Source of the DNA: Trichoplax adhaerens
Taxonomy: Eukaryota > Animalia > Placozoa
NCBI RefSeq assembly: GCF_000150275.1
Contig: NW_002060952.1
Coordinates: 1,974,260 to 2,038,259, forward strand
Direction: 5' to 3'
DNA length: 64,000 nt
The notes under the pieces are model-generated. The model did not search any database, was not told the DNA's origin, and saw only the letters and a list, made by a program, of their open reading frames with translations. This document shows, piece after piece, positions 40,340-53,100 of this stretch. The translations under genes were made by a program, and so were the position numbers. The first letter of the stretch is position 1. Each line of letters opens with the position of its first letter.

Positions 40340-42577
40340 TTTGCTTGTTTTTTTGAAATTAGCTTTAACCTGAAAAGATACAATAAGAATTTATGTTAAT
40401 TCGAGTTGGTCACAATACAATGATCTTGAATTGTTTATTGCGTCGCTAGATTAATTATATATATCACGGTCATATAGTAATACTCCAAAAATATGATAGT
40501 AAGTAAATAAAACATATACAGTAAAGTAGCTATAGGGTTTTAATAGCGATGAAGGATTTTGCTATCATTTAAGATCATCAGTTGGATACAGTAGAAATAG
40601 GAAAAGTAATATAAAATTAAAATTTTGATTAGGGGTTAAATGAATTGGTAGATCATTTAACGATTTCTAAATTGCAGAACGGAACTCATTTAAAATCGTA
40701 TCATATTTAACGTAAAAAAAAATAAGTCCTGGATCCAATATAAGAAAAGATAAATTTTCGACCTTTAAATATAGTATAAAGTCTATAAATGCTGTACTTA
40801 ATATATAAAATAGCTGTTATCGATCGCGAGAGAATGATGTACTACCAATGGCGCTCTGGCTGGCAACAGGTCTAAGTCGTTCAAATTCGATAGAGTATAG
40901 TCAAATGGATCCTTGACAATTTTGACGGTGATTACAGCTTAATTATTGCATTATTAAATCATTGCCAGCTAATTAAGGCCAAACTAAAATCTAAATTTAG
41001 TACTTCCACGATGGCACTGGAATCTTAGAATGTAATTTTGGTAGTTTGTGACGCCTGAAGATTGCCACTATTAGTCATCTGCTCAAGGAAAGAGCTACGG
41101 CTAAATTAGACAAAATTGTCCTATGCTGTCAGAGTTTGAAATTAAATTCAATGTTTCTACGGTAATACGCAAGATTCAATCTCAATCGATTTACTGATGC
41201 GGCAATTTTAATACAAAATTTTCATTTTCATTCAATAAACGATAAAGAAGAAATTATTTTTATTTGGCTAATTGCATGAAAGAATGTAGATTTAGCCATC
41301 CATTTTATTCCTATATTACATGGACTGCATCGCAAAATGGAATCCCATTACTATGCTATAAATTTATACATGACAGCAGCTTATCTCTATCCATTTTACG
41401 TTAAAATTAATCTATAAATGAGTAGAATCTACCTGGTATAAGAAAAAAATAGATTACGGAAAGGCGAAACTTCAGCGACACTTGTAGAAACTATCCGAGG
41501 AAAGTGCAAAGCTTGCTTGCTAGCCGGACAAAGTGAGCAAAAATGCACCGAATAATTGGTATATAATAAGTTGAAAATTACATGCAAATACACTAGCTAG
41601 GCTAAGGTTTAATCTAGTTGTTGATTTAATGGCATGCAGGGTATCAAAGGTGAATGATTGATCATAATTCACACAACCTATATAACTAGGAATAGACTTT
41701 GAACTTTTAGGACAATACATTCGTATTTTGCAGTAGACTAACTCTAATAGATGATGATACCACAAAAAGTTCACATTAGAGTTAAAGTTGTTTTATTACT
41801 ATCGGAGCGTCGCGACACGTTGGATAATAGGACCAAGATTGCTGATGATATATTACTATAGCTTATTTTCTCTATTTCTTAACATTAATTTTAACGAAGG
41901 GAAATTATGGAAAATAAGAATATGAATATCGAGTAGAATGTATAAAAATGCCGCCTATTACAGAAAGCAAATTGCTGTTTCCCGCAATAGCATTTGGAAA
42001 AAATGTTACTTTATGTCATTTCAATTCGCGTTCTTTAATTATCTATGGGACGAATCTTGGTTTTATTGCTATGGAAATTTGATTATTTTAGTTCTATTAT
42101 AGATCATAATGATGATTATGTTAGCTCCAAAGCTTTTCATGGTCCAAGTCTTGCTCAATCACAGTAGGGGATTACAGAGGGATATATGAAAGGTATAGCA
42201 TTTTCCTTTGAGCTAATCACGTATTCGACTTTCATCATAATTCGATTATTTCAACAACACCCTGTTGAAATTAACCTTTGAACTAGCTATAACCTCTTTT
42301 TAATCAAATTTTTCTAATTTGTCAACTACGATGTCTCAACAATTTACGGAGTTTCCACACAGTAAGCCAGCTCGTGACTAAAAATAAAATTTTATTAATA
42401 TATTATAAGAATATTAAGATATTTTAAAATACAAGCAGAACGAGACATGATACTTTATTTTGTCTGGGGTATAATTTTGATTTAATTTATTAATTAATTC
42501 ATTAATATCTGCCTTAAAATATTTGAATAAAGACTTTGTCCATAAATTCATCATCCAATGAATTCTTCGACATTCTA

Positions 42578-42730
42578 TACAGAAAAAGGGAAAATAACTC
42601 TAGCATGTAATAAATCCGAATTTGTTTCTCGAAAGTATTAATTAACTAATGAATTCTTAAACGGTACTGAAAAAGGGAAATAAATCTAGGACATAGTAAA
42701 TCTAGATTTGTTATTGTAAAAGTAGCATCG
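42578..42730. repeat. Diverged two-copy direct repeat (~88 bp period)
   Basis: acagaaaaagggaaaataactctagcatgtaataaatccgaatttgtt versus actgaaaaagggaaataaatctaggacatagtaaatctagatttgtt. Confidence 0.6.
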
Positions 42731-44621
42731 TAAATCAGGCTTTTTCTTGACTAGATTAATTAAATCAAGCCATGATAGAATAAATTATGTGCCGTTGGTA
42801 TACGATACAGGTTATTGGCGTATTATTTTGGCACTTACTTACTTACCTATAAATACCATCTCTAAGTTATTCTCAAATCAATCAATGTCGTGAGAATTTT
42901 GCAATTAGAGGATCATCTATGATTCAGTAAAGATGAGAATACAGGTAAACTCCCTTAATTAATAGCCATATTATGTTGAACAATTTCTTTATCCATAAGT
43001 TACAAATGAACTTGGAAAACTGCAACTCCAGTAGAATAACAAAGATTTGATTAAATAAGATTACAGTAACGAGTATGCACCTGTCATGACATTTGCGTTT
43101 CAAAATATTATCACAACTAGACTGAATTCAGTGCTATTACTACCTCGTATTTTTCACAAATATTAACAGGTTAAATGAAAACAAGTAGAATAGCAATAGT
43201 AAAGGCTTTCTTTGTTGAATAAGTATTCGTGACAAATTATTGAGAACTAATAACAATATTAGTATCTACCTGATTCTGATGTACATAAAAATCTTATAGA
43301 AATAGCCAAAAAGGTGTTAAGGTAATTTTAGGGCTATTCAATCGTAAAAGAAAATTTAATCCATTATTTACCCTATAAACTACAATATCTAAATTTTAAT
43401 CAAAAGGCCTTATAAGATACTGCAGACTGGAGCAACGATATACGTAATGAATACTATTAAATACTTATATTACATCTCTTCTCCTATTTTGAATCTACTT
43501 ATTCGAATTGGTGCATTGAATAGTGAATACAATGTATACAGATTAATTTAAGGTATCTAACATTCTACCTGGGATTAGCGCCTGTATAGTACAGCCGAAA
43601 CAAGCTAAATATTAGTAGAGATGGTAAAAAATTTCTATTTTAAACTCAGCTATTATCTTAAGTAACATCTTTTAATTTGAATTTAATATACATCACTGTA
43701 TAATAATTAATAATATAATTGATGTATTACAGCCAAGCAAGCAAGTTTGTAAGGATACCTTCATTCCAAATATTTTGTAGCCGCAATTAAGATATTCTAA
43801 AACTTAATGTACTTCATTTCACCAATATAACGGTACAGCAATAAGCGTCTAAATCTTTTACCTGATGGATCTAACAATTTGTAAATAAGGTTGAAATTCT
43901 CATTTAATGTTTACACTAATCATTGTCTTAGTTAATCTAGAGAATGTTGACAGAAATAGATGATGTTAGATTAAGCACTTCTGTCATAATTACTCTATCG
44001 AATATAAATCTATTGTAATTAATTAGTTTAAACTGAATGAGAGTGAAATGGTATGAGCAATCCAAGATATTCCTATCAGAAATAGATATCGCATCTACAT
44101 AACCATAGGTTAACTATAGGTATAGGTAATTTAGTGAATTGAAATAATTAGGAATGATAGTTCTAATGCCAGAATAAATTGCCTAAGTGTGACACTCGTA
44201 TAGGGTTCACTAATGTTAACATGCTACAGATAAATTTACAAACATTGTCTATCTTTAAATTTAAGGTGCAGTAGTGCAATGCTATTTTGATATCGATTAG
44301 AATGTAAATGTGCAAATTTACTATACAGCATATTATTTATTAAGCAACAATAATTGGATATCAATTTTAGAATCTCAGAGATAGGTGTTACTTTTTTATT
44401 ATTATCAATTTCTTTACAATTATAGAAAAGTTCATCATGATCAGTAAAGTAGTATTATCGATGATTAATCATTATTTTAAGTAGATAATGTTTAAAAATT
44501 GTTGACACTAACAATATAATAATCAAAGACTAGCCAATAGAAATTTATAATGCATAGATAGTACAGATAGCAGTTTAAATACGAGATACTAGTTATCTAT
44601 TTAGCGCTGTCAGAAAATGGC

Positions 44622-47586
44622 CTAGAGTTTGGATTTAATTTTTAACTTAATAATAACACCGAAAAAATCGGTTAAGAATCCACTTAGAAATGAGGGCATA
44701 TTGAATCGATTATTAATCAATACCCGCAATAAACGACGAAAGACACTTTCGTCACCAGTAATATTCCATGATGATTTCAATATGGATTTCTAGATATAAC
44801 CAGATGAGAAATAATGAAAATATCAATATTTCATAATGACATTTATTAGCATTTGATCATACTCGTATTATATAACTATAACGAACAGAAAAATGCCTGT
44901 CTAGAGTGATAAAACTAAAAAAAGGCCATAAATATTTCAGTAATTGATAATTGAAATAAATAATGGACACAAATATATACTCATATTATCTTAGAGGCTC
45001 GATAAGTATTATTGTAGACATAGAATCTGCTACTCTTTCTTGATGCATAATGAGATATTGATATGACACTCACAGGATCTAGTTGTAAAATAGATAGCCC
45101 TACAGCAGACCTTGAAATAAGCTACACACTTTTGTAGACCCAAGCACAAATTTAAAATTAGTGAATCGTATAACTGCGATATTAATTGTAGAAAGTTGAT
45201 AGTATAGGTGATGAAGATAGCTAACTATTGAAACTGCATCTTATATGAAGAAAGTCTTATTCATTGATTAATCTAATGCACAATCTAAAATACGAGCATC
45301 CGTATAATAAGATAAAGTAGAAGTCTTAATGGAAAGATTTCGTTAAGTTCTAATATTTAACTTATAGTAGGTTATCTAGCCGCAAATTAAATTATTGCTA
45401 TGAAGATATGCTGCCTATAGCAATGTTTATTCAGACGGTATAGTAGGCCTATTTCACATTTTAATTGTACCGATATTTTACCGTTAAAACTACCCTTGGC
45501 GTAATTTCTATCGTTAAATTCTGGGCTAAATGCATCGCTAACATGCACTTATTATAGCGAAATTCTTTATAGCAAAGTCGTTTAATGGAATAGATTATAT
45601 TAGTGTTGGAATACTTTTATAGCCTTTAGCCATTTACTCTAAGCACAATTTCTAATTTAATTTTTACTCTTCTATCCACAGCTTGTGACTGTCTCATACT
45701 TTTACTGTCAAGACCTATAAATGCTTGCCCTTAAGTATTTAAATAATTACCTTTACTCTATAAAACATTGAGGTAGTAAGTGAAGAAATTTACTCTATCA
45801 CCTGATGTATTTTGGCAACTATAAGTATATTTACAGTATTTTCTTTCTTAGAATATAGATATCGTAATAATTTTCTTTTTACCGCCTTCTAATCCAATTC
45901 ATTAAGGCGATCTCGCACTTGAGGAATTCAATAGTGGTGTAAGCAATTTAATTTATTGTCAACACAGTTTGTACTATGACTAATTCTATCATGACATGAT
46001 AGTTTGATAGCCTTTATAAACATCTTTCATTCAGCATTAGTGCCATTGAACGATCTAACGGAGTTAGAACACTTGTTCACTAAACTTACCAATCGATCTC
46101 TCCACTGGCCTGATTGTATCTTTTCTGGTTTTTTCGAAGTAAACGTAATAGTGCAATCAGCATTCTCATCTATAGGACGAATAACAGCAAGAATAAAATT
46201 CTAAAAATATAGGCACTGATAATCTAGAGTCATAAAATTAGATAAAAAGTATTTTGTAATCCAGCTACAATTTCGGGTATTAAGCAGAAATTAAAGTTAT
46301 CATTATAAAAGCTTATCATAAAATAATAAGAAGCAGCATACGCTACAGCTATAAAGAAAATGATCAATTTTAAGTATATATAGGATATCATAATGCTTGA
46401 AATCAAATAATATCGAGAAAATCAGAACGAAATTTAACAGTCTACCGTAATTTTAAACATAGTCAGTGTATGCATATTTGTTTAAAAGCTATAGTAAAAA
46501 TTAAGTGAGATACTTTAATTCAATAAAGTAGCTACCATAAGTCCATGTTGCGATTAGCGAGAAGAGATTGAAAAATAAATTATCAACCTAATATTATGAA
46601 ATCACTAAAACACATGAAGTTATTACAACTCTAATCCAGTTTGTATGCTAAAGTACGACATTACTACGGTATGTAAAATTGGACCCAGAAAGAGATTATA
46701 ACCCAATATGTGGAATCCCAGAAGTGAAGAAAACTGTTAAGAATGGCGATAATATCCAAAACTGTGGTAGGGTCTTCCACCTATCTAGAAACTATAAATG
46801 TTTTAAGAATTGGAACTAAAGATAAAACTGAATATAATTTCTGCCCGAAACTGTTGTATTTAAAGATCGAGGTGTTTTACATATATCTAGTACATCTATC
46901 TTGGGAATAGATTAGAATGCAATTGAAAGTAATATAGAACTAAAGTAGATTACAAAAATGTGCCGTAGATTGTAATAAAAGTCGAAAATGAAAATGCTGA
47001 TTGATTGAGACCTTATAAAAGAAATTTAGATTGAAACAAATAATGGATATCAAGTATGACGAAATATTGCATTTTATTCACACCTTTACCATCCCTAAAT
47101 TCGCCTTGCTTCAAATCCAGTACCCAGGAATACTTAAGTTGTTGATCAACAGTAGATATTACCTGGAAGCATATTACCCCATCAACAGCTTTAACCAGAT
47201 TTTCTTTTTGCTATAAATTACATTCAAGACTGTTTAGTAGTATACAACAAACGGATATTAAATTCTTTCATTTCATTCTCCGCAGCAAGTTAAAATGAAA
47301 ATTAAATTTTGTTCAAAAAAAAGTCCATTAATAGATCATATTACACATGCAGTAAAATCAAGGACTACTAGTAAAATGCTATAACATAATCAGTCTTTTG
47401 GTATAGAATTATATTACAATACAATAGAATATATTCGACGATATAGCACATACACTATTGACAATTTGCTGCAGTTCTGATGTTAATGACTGATCTGGTG
47501 GAGCTTGATCTAGTGGAGCTTGGTCTGCTGAAATCTGATCTGAAGTAGTGCATAATTCCAATCGTGGATAGTTGGCTGATTTTAAG
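44622..47586 (-). CDS. Divergent SCP2-domain module A, 4 exons, C-terminal PTS1 (SKL); 5' end unresolved
   Basis: Exons 47586-47454 LKSANYPRLELCTTSDQ...ELQQIVNS; 47210-47084 QKENLVKAVDGVICFQV...YSWVLDLKQGEFRDGK; 46169-46090 DENADCTITFTSKKPEKIQSGQWRDRL; 44789-44622 KSILKSSWNITGDESVFRRLLRVL...IKLKIKSKL*. Intron phases 0,1,0 as in SCPx. No ATG in the first exon. Confidence 0.8.
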
Positions 47587-47787
47587 CTGAATACTCTAAA
47601 ATATGGCGTGATCAAAGGCAATGGACTATTAATCCTTCCAATAAAAATATCTATTCTATCTATTCAATTTATTATGAACCTTAGTTGATCTTTTTCTCTA
47701 TCATCCAACAAATACAATGAAATAGAAGGATCTCTTGTTAAATTATCCATAATCCTTAAACGGGAATGAATAATTGTCAGAACGGTA

Positions 47788-47965
47788 CTTAGTGTTTTGG
47801 ATACATAGAATGGAGAGAGTCCGTTGAATTATATTTATATTACGATATTAATTGGTTAACAAAATAAATGTGGCTGAACAATCGTCAAGATTAAGTGTCT
47901 TTGGTACCTAGAATGGAGATAGTCCGTTAAATTATATTTTAATATTGCGATATTAGTTTGTTAAT
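47788..47965. repeat. Diverged two-copy direct repeat (~102 bp period)
   Basis: agtgttttggatacatagaatggagagagtccgttgaattatatt versus agtgtctttggtacctagaatggagatagtccgttaaattatatt. Confidence 0.7.
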
Positions 47966-50164
47966 GATGTAATTAGAGTAGCTAGATGGAGTTAACATCA
48001 GCTTAGTATTGCAAACTCGTGTATGATATTGTCGTAGAAAATGTTTAGACGTACAGGATACCGCGCGGACTCTACTGTATAGTCTACAGCTTGCTTATGT
48101 AATAAAATCATTATTACCCTGCTAGCCCTAATTTTAGTAGCCATGGGCTAGTAAATAGACATTATTTATTTCTATCCCGTGACGGACTTTAATTTATTAG
48201 TATATGGTAATGGTATAGAATCTCATATACGCTTTGTAGTAGACAGAGCGTATACATTGGATGTTATTGCACAAACAACAAGTTATTAGCTAATAAATGC
48301 TGACAAAACTTATCAGGACTACTGGCGCGACAGAATTCCACATTCAAAGGTATAATTAATCTATAAACGATTTTACATTCGATCATATCATTGGATGTAA
48401 AATGTGTTTATGTATATGAAAGGTAAGCCAACGAATCAGTGCCAGCTGGATGTGGAGTTCAATTACGTGTGGCAAGGTGACCAAAAAATCATCTTATGCA
48501 ATAAATATAATACATAACTAGCTCTAATTACTATGAAAATTCGTTTATTAATATTTATGAAACCTTTTGTAGCTGCAGGGTGGTCTGAAAAGATCAATAA
48601 ACAAAAGTAAAAAATCACGTAAGAAAGCACGTATGAATTAATGAGATAGACATTTAATTTATCTGCCGTTGCGGACTCGCATTTACCAGTCGAAATTATA
48701 TTGTGTGTTAACCCACAACTACTGTAATTACATGAAGTCATGACACTAGTCGATAATAAATCAATGAAATACTAATGAAAGATATACGAAAAGATATTCG
48801 TCATGAACCATAAATAATATAGCTGGTTCGGTATGATGACTTTAATTTTTGATTAGCCCAATCGAACTGGTACGTGGTTTAGCAACATCACTGATTTTAT
48901 ATCATCATGTAACCCAAATTCTGATCAGTCAAACAAATCTATTGACTGTTACTTATTTAATCACTGGTACTTATAAGGGTGTCTTGAGGGTCTCGATATC
49001 GGAAATTGGATGTACTACAATTTTTTAATATTTAAATGTTTGTTAGCGTAAAAAAAAACGCTACTTTAATCGATGAATGCTTGTTGATCATGTTATTAAG
49101 ACCGCCGAGCGAGCATTAGAAGCAATTATTTGCAAAGTAAACTATTTAAATTGTACAGTAAGCCTATTAGCTGCTACTTATACAGTACAGGCATTAGTTG
49201 AAATAACTATTCAGCCAGTGGAGTGAGATTGAAACTGGAATTGTACGTTTATCGGGGTAACAAGTCAGTTGCTCAATAATTATATAATTAATACACATAG
49301 AAGCTATGCTTAAAGATATTTATGTGACTAATTCAGTAGTTGATCTTCCAATATTATTAAATGTCTGCATTACATGAGCCCTCAAACTGCAGAAAATTGG
49401 GGACCGTCCATATTCTAACCGATAGAATCTTAGCAAACGCAAATTTAAAACTAGTCTATCATTAAGTAAAAACGGTGGCAGTTTCAGCAATCTACTCGAC
49501 ATGCAATCAAACCATTTAAAACTAATTTACCATACAACATCTCATAAACTCTTTTATAATCTTGAGAAACCTATCATGTAAGCCTAGCGATGATTAATCG
49601 ACCTTGTCAATCAAACCGTAAGATACTTATTAAAGATTAACTTTCTCATCACATAGATAAATACGCAATAAATTTATATGACAGAGTCCTAGAACTACGA
49701 AGTATACAGCTTATCTATTTCAATTTAAAATATGCGCTCCAATACAATGTTAATAAAGTCAATTTACCCCAGCTGTAGATGACTAAAAGCCATACATAGC
49801 GCATCAAAAATTTAAAACACACTGATGTCATCTTACATTAGTCACTACGCAATTAGGCGTTTTTTATTCAAATCTACTTTTCAATAAAGTCTCCCGATAT
49901 AAAAGTCTAAAATAACCAGCAGACCCAAATACTAAAGTACAATCAGATAATTTAGCAATTAATATACTATCACGCCGTATTAGAGTCGCCTTAAGGTCTT
50001 TCTGATTAGCTATTATCTTGGCTTGCATACATGTGCATACTTATATAATTAATTATTCCTGTAATCTGTAATCCATAGCATATGCGTTTTAACATACATT
50101 GATTATTTACCGCTAAACCGCAATACGAAATGAACATGATTGCAAATACATTTACAGTAAAATC

Positions 50165-53100
50165 TTATAGATTCGCTTTAGGACCTCCCTGCGGTAAAAC
50201 AAGTCGCAATTTCAAAGCAACAGCCATATTGCCTGATATCTTCAACTTTCCTCCCATGAAAGCCTAGATATGAATGAAATCATGACAGCATTAATTCAGA
50301 ATAATAGCTTTCTCTAAGTTAATACTTAAGACATGATATATCACCTAAACCTTACCATTTGAGGATTGAGTTTTCCAGTACTTAATTGCACGAAATCTTT
50401 ATCGGCCATTGTAATAGTGCAATCAGTTTTACCTAACGAAAAGGAAGACAATATAAGCATGAATCTACTTATTTTCAAAAATGACATACACAGTCTTAAT
50501 TATATTAGTTTTACCTTCTTGTCCCTCGGTCAAGGAACCGCTTCCATCTTTGAGATTAAGTGTCCAAAACTTTGTGCCTTTCGATTTAATGTCAGTTATC
50601 TTGAAGCGAAACACTGCTTTAACTTTATTTACCATAGACGGTCCATTCTATACCAATATATTGGTATTGATCGGACTTAGTATGTTTTACATAAAAGTGT
50701 TCATCAATAAACTAACAATGCAATCGACGATATACCTTATCAACATTTTCTTTGATACGTTCAAATACGGTTTCAGAATTAATCGAATTTGCAGCAGTTG
50801 CCACAGTCGCGAGCCTAATGGGAAAAAATTGGTTATTAATAAATATTCCGCGTTTACCTTTATAAATCCTTTACAGTAATATTTCAGACACAGAAGAAAG
50901 CAATTCTTTATGGTATCAATATAGTTCATACTGTGGGCTTTCATGAAAGCCACGTTGATAAAGTCCAACAACAACGGCTCCGCCCAATCCAATGTTATGC
51001 TGTAGAGCAGTTTTAGCATTAGGAACTTGTCTTTTACCAGCCATATTACGTAACTGCCAACAGAGCTCAGCGCATTGTGCAAGTCCTATGCAACCACATA
51101 ATATAACGGTTGAAATAAATACAAACTAATTCATTTAAAAACAACGTTCACGAATGATAAAATATCATTTTTACCGCTAGCCCCTAGTGGATGACCCTTT
51201 GATATTAAACCACCACTTGGATTGATGACATATTTACCACCATAAGTATTATTACCAGATTCAACGAGATTAGCTCCTTCACCTGACAATAGAGTTAATT
51301 ACAAGCAATTAGCATTACTGTATTCATCAAAATTAAAAAAATAGCTGTTATTAGTCCAACCTTCCGCACATAATCCAAGAGCTTCATATGAAATCAATTC
51401 ATTAGCAGAGAAGCAATCATGTAACTCCACAACATCAACATCTGTTGGCTTGATACCTGTTTTATATTATATTAAAAATATTACTGCAAACAGTTGTGAT
51501 TGCAATAAAATATGGTAGAATAGTCCGAGAATAAGATAGTTACCAGTAGCCGAATAGACGGAGTCAGCAGCGGCCTTTGTCATATCATAACCAACCTACC
51601 GTAGTAACAATATTTAATAAGGGAATTTAGCAAGTACAGTCTTTCGTAGTTTAAACATTCTACAAATGTTTAAGCTATTGGCCATAAATAACTACAATAA
51701 TATAGCAACTGCTGTAATATACTATACTATAAATATTCCATAAAAGAAATGTAAGGTACCATTTTGATGCAGCTCTTTTCCTTAAATGTAGAACTAAAAT
51801 CAGTTCTCATTTCCATTCCAACTATTTTTACGGCTTTATTCTGCAAATTATATTTTTGGACCATTTTTTCACTGCATAAAATAGCAGCAGCGCTACCGTC
51901 GGACGTTGGGCTTAAATCAAAACGACAGAGTTCGATGGATAAGATCGACATGATGAAGCACTGATGCTTAATTTCAATTACGACAGTTAAAATATTTTCA
52001 TTTCCTCACCAACACTGCAGTAATGTTAATGGAAACTGAATCATTCTAGACTTCATAACTTCATCCACAGAGTAAACCGTTTTCATCTGCGAGTAACTAC
52101 GATGGTGAAATATAATTACTTTACACAATATTACATAGAAATAAGTATCAGCCACAGTCTCAACAATCCATCTAATAGACTTACGGGTTATTAGCAGAGT
52201 GACGGTGATTTTTTTCCGCAATTTTTCCAAAAACATCAGCTTTAGTCCCTAAAATGATAATGTATAATCAACCTTAGAATGTAACAATAAGAAATAGTAT
52301 TCTACCTATGACTCATTTAATTGTATCAATTACCGTATTTTTCCATGTGTTCACAAGCAGCTGCAGCAAACATTTGCGGAGCTAATGGCGCAGCTTGGAT
52401 TCCGTAACAATCTGATAACACTTCAGCATGCTTATCCAGCGGATTTGTACGATCGTTAAACTAAAATTGGATACGATATTAATATCGAGTGTAATACCAT
52501 AATTAATTTTACTATCTACAATCATGTATATAGATCGTTCTGAATACCATTTTGGAACCATTTGATACAGTATTATGCGATTACAGATTTTTAATATCAC
52601 CCTTACGTGAGAGACTAGAGATCCTCTTTGCATTTTCTCAAAGCCCAGAGCAAGGGCACAATCACAGTTACCTGCAATTCAAAATATCCCATCATAATTT
52701 GTGCTTATAGTTGTGAAGACAATAATCTTGATCAGATTAGTTCACCTCCTTCAATCAGCTGTTTAGCGAGAAATAGAGCCGTCGATCCTGTCGCACAATT
52801 ATTATTGACATTGTATATAGGAATACCGGTTAAACCAAGATTATAAACTGCTCGCTGACCACAGGTAGAATCTCCTAATAATAAATAATAATATTGCAAA
52901 ATTTCAAAACGTTCTCATTTTATGTTATCAAGAAGTTATTGCGAATTTACGTTAATAATATACACGGCGACACTTTACTACGTATGCTCTTCAGTATTGC
53001 AATTACCCGGAATTTCGGGTAATTATCTGGGTATATCAAAACCCCGGATGCAGTTATGACTCTTTACGAATAGCCGGAAGAAGTTCATTTTTAATAGCAA

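Noticed and set aside
37377-47586. Scrambled exon order in a single SCP2 gene
   Set aside because: The initial impression resolved once all eight exons were found; they form two collinear four-exon modules.
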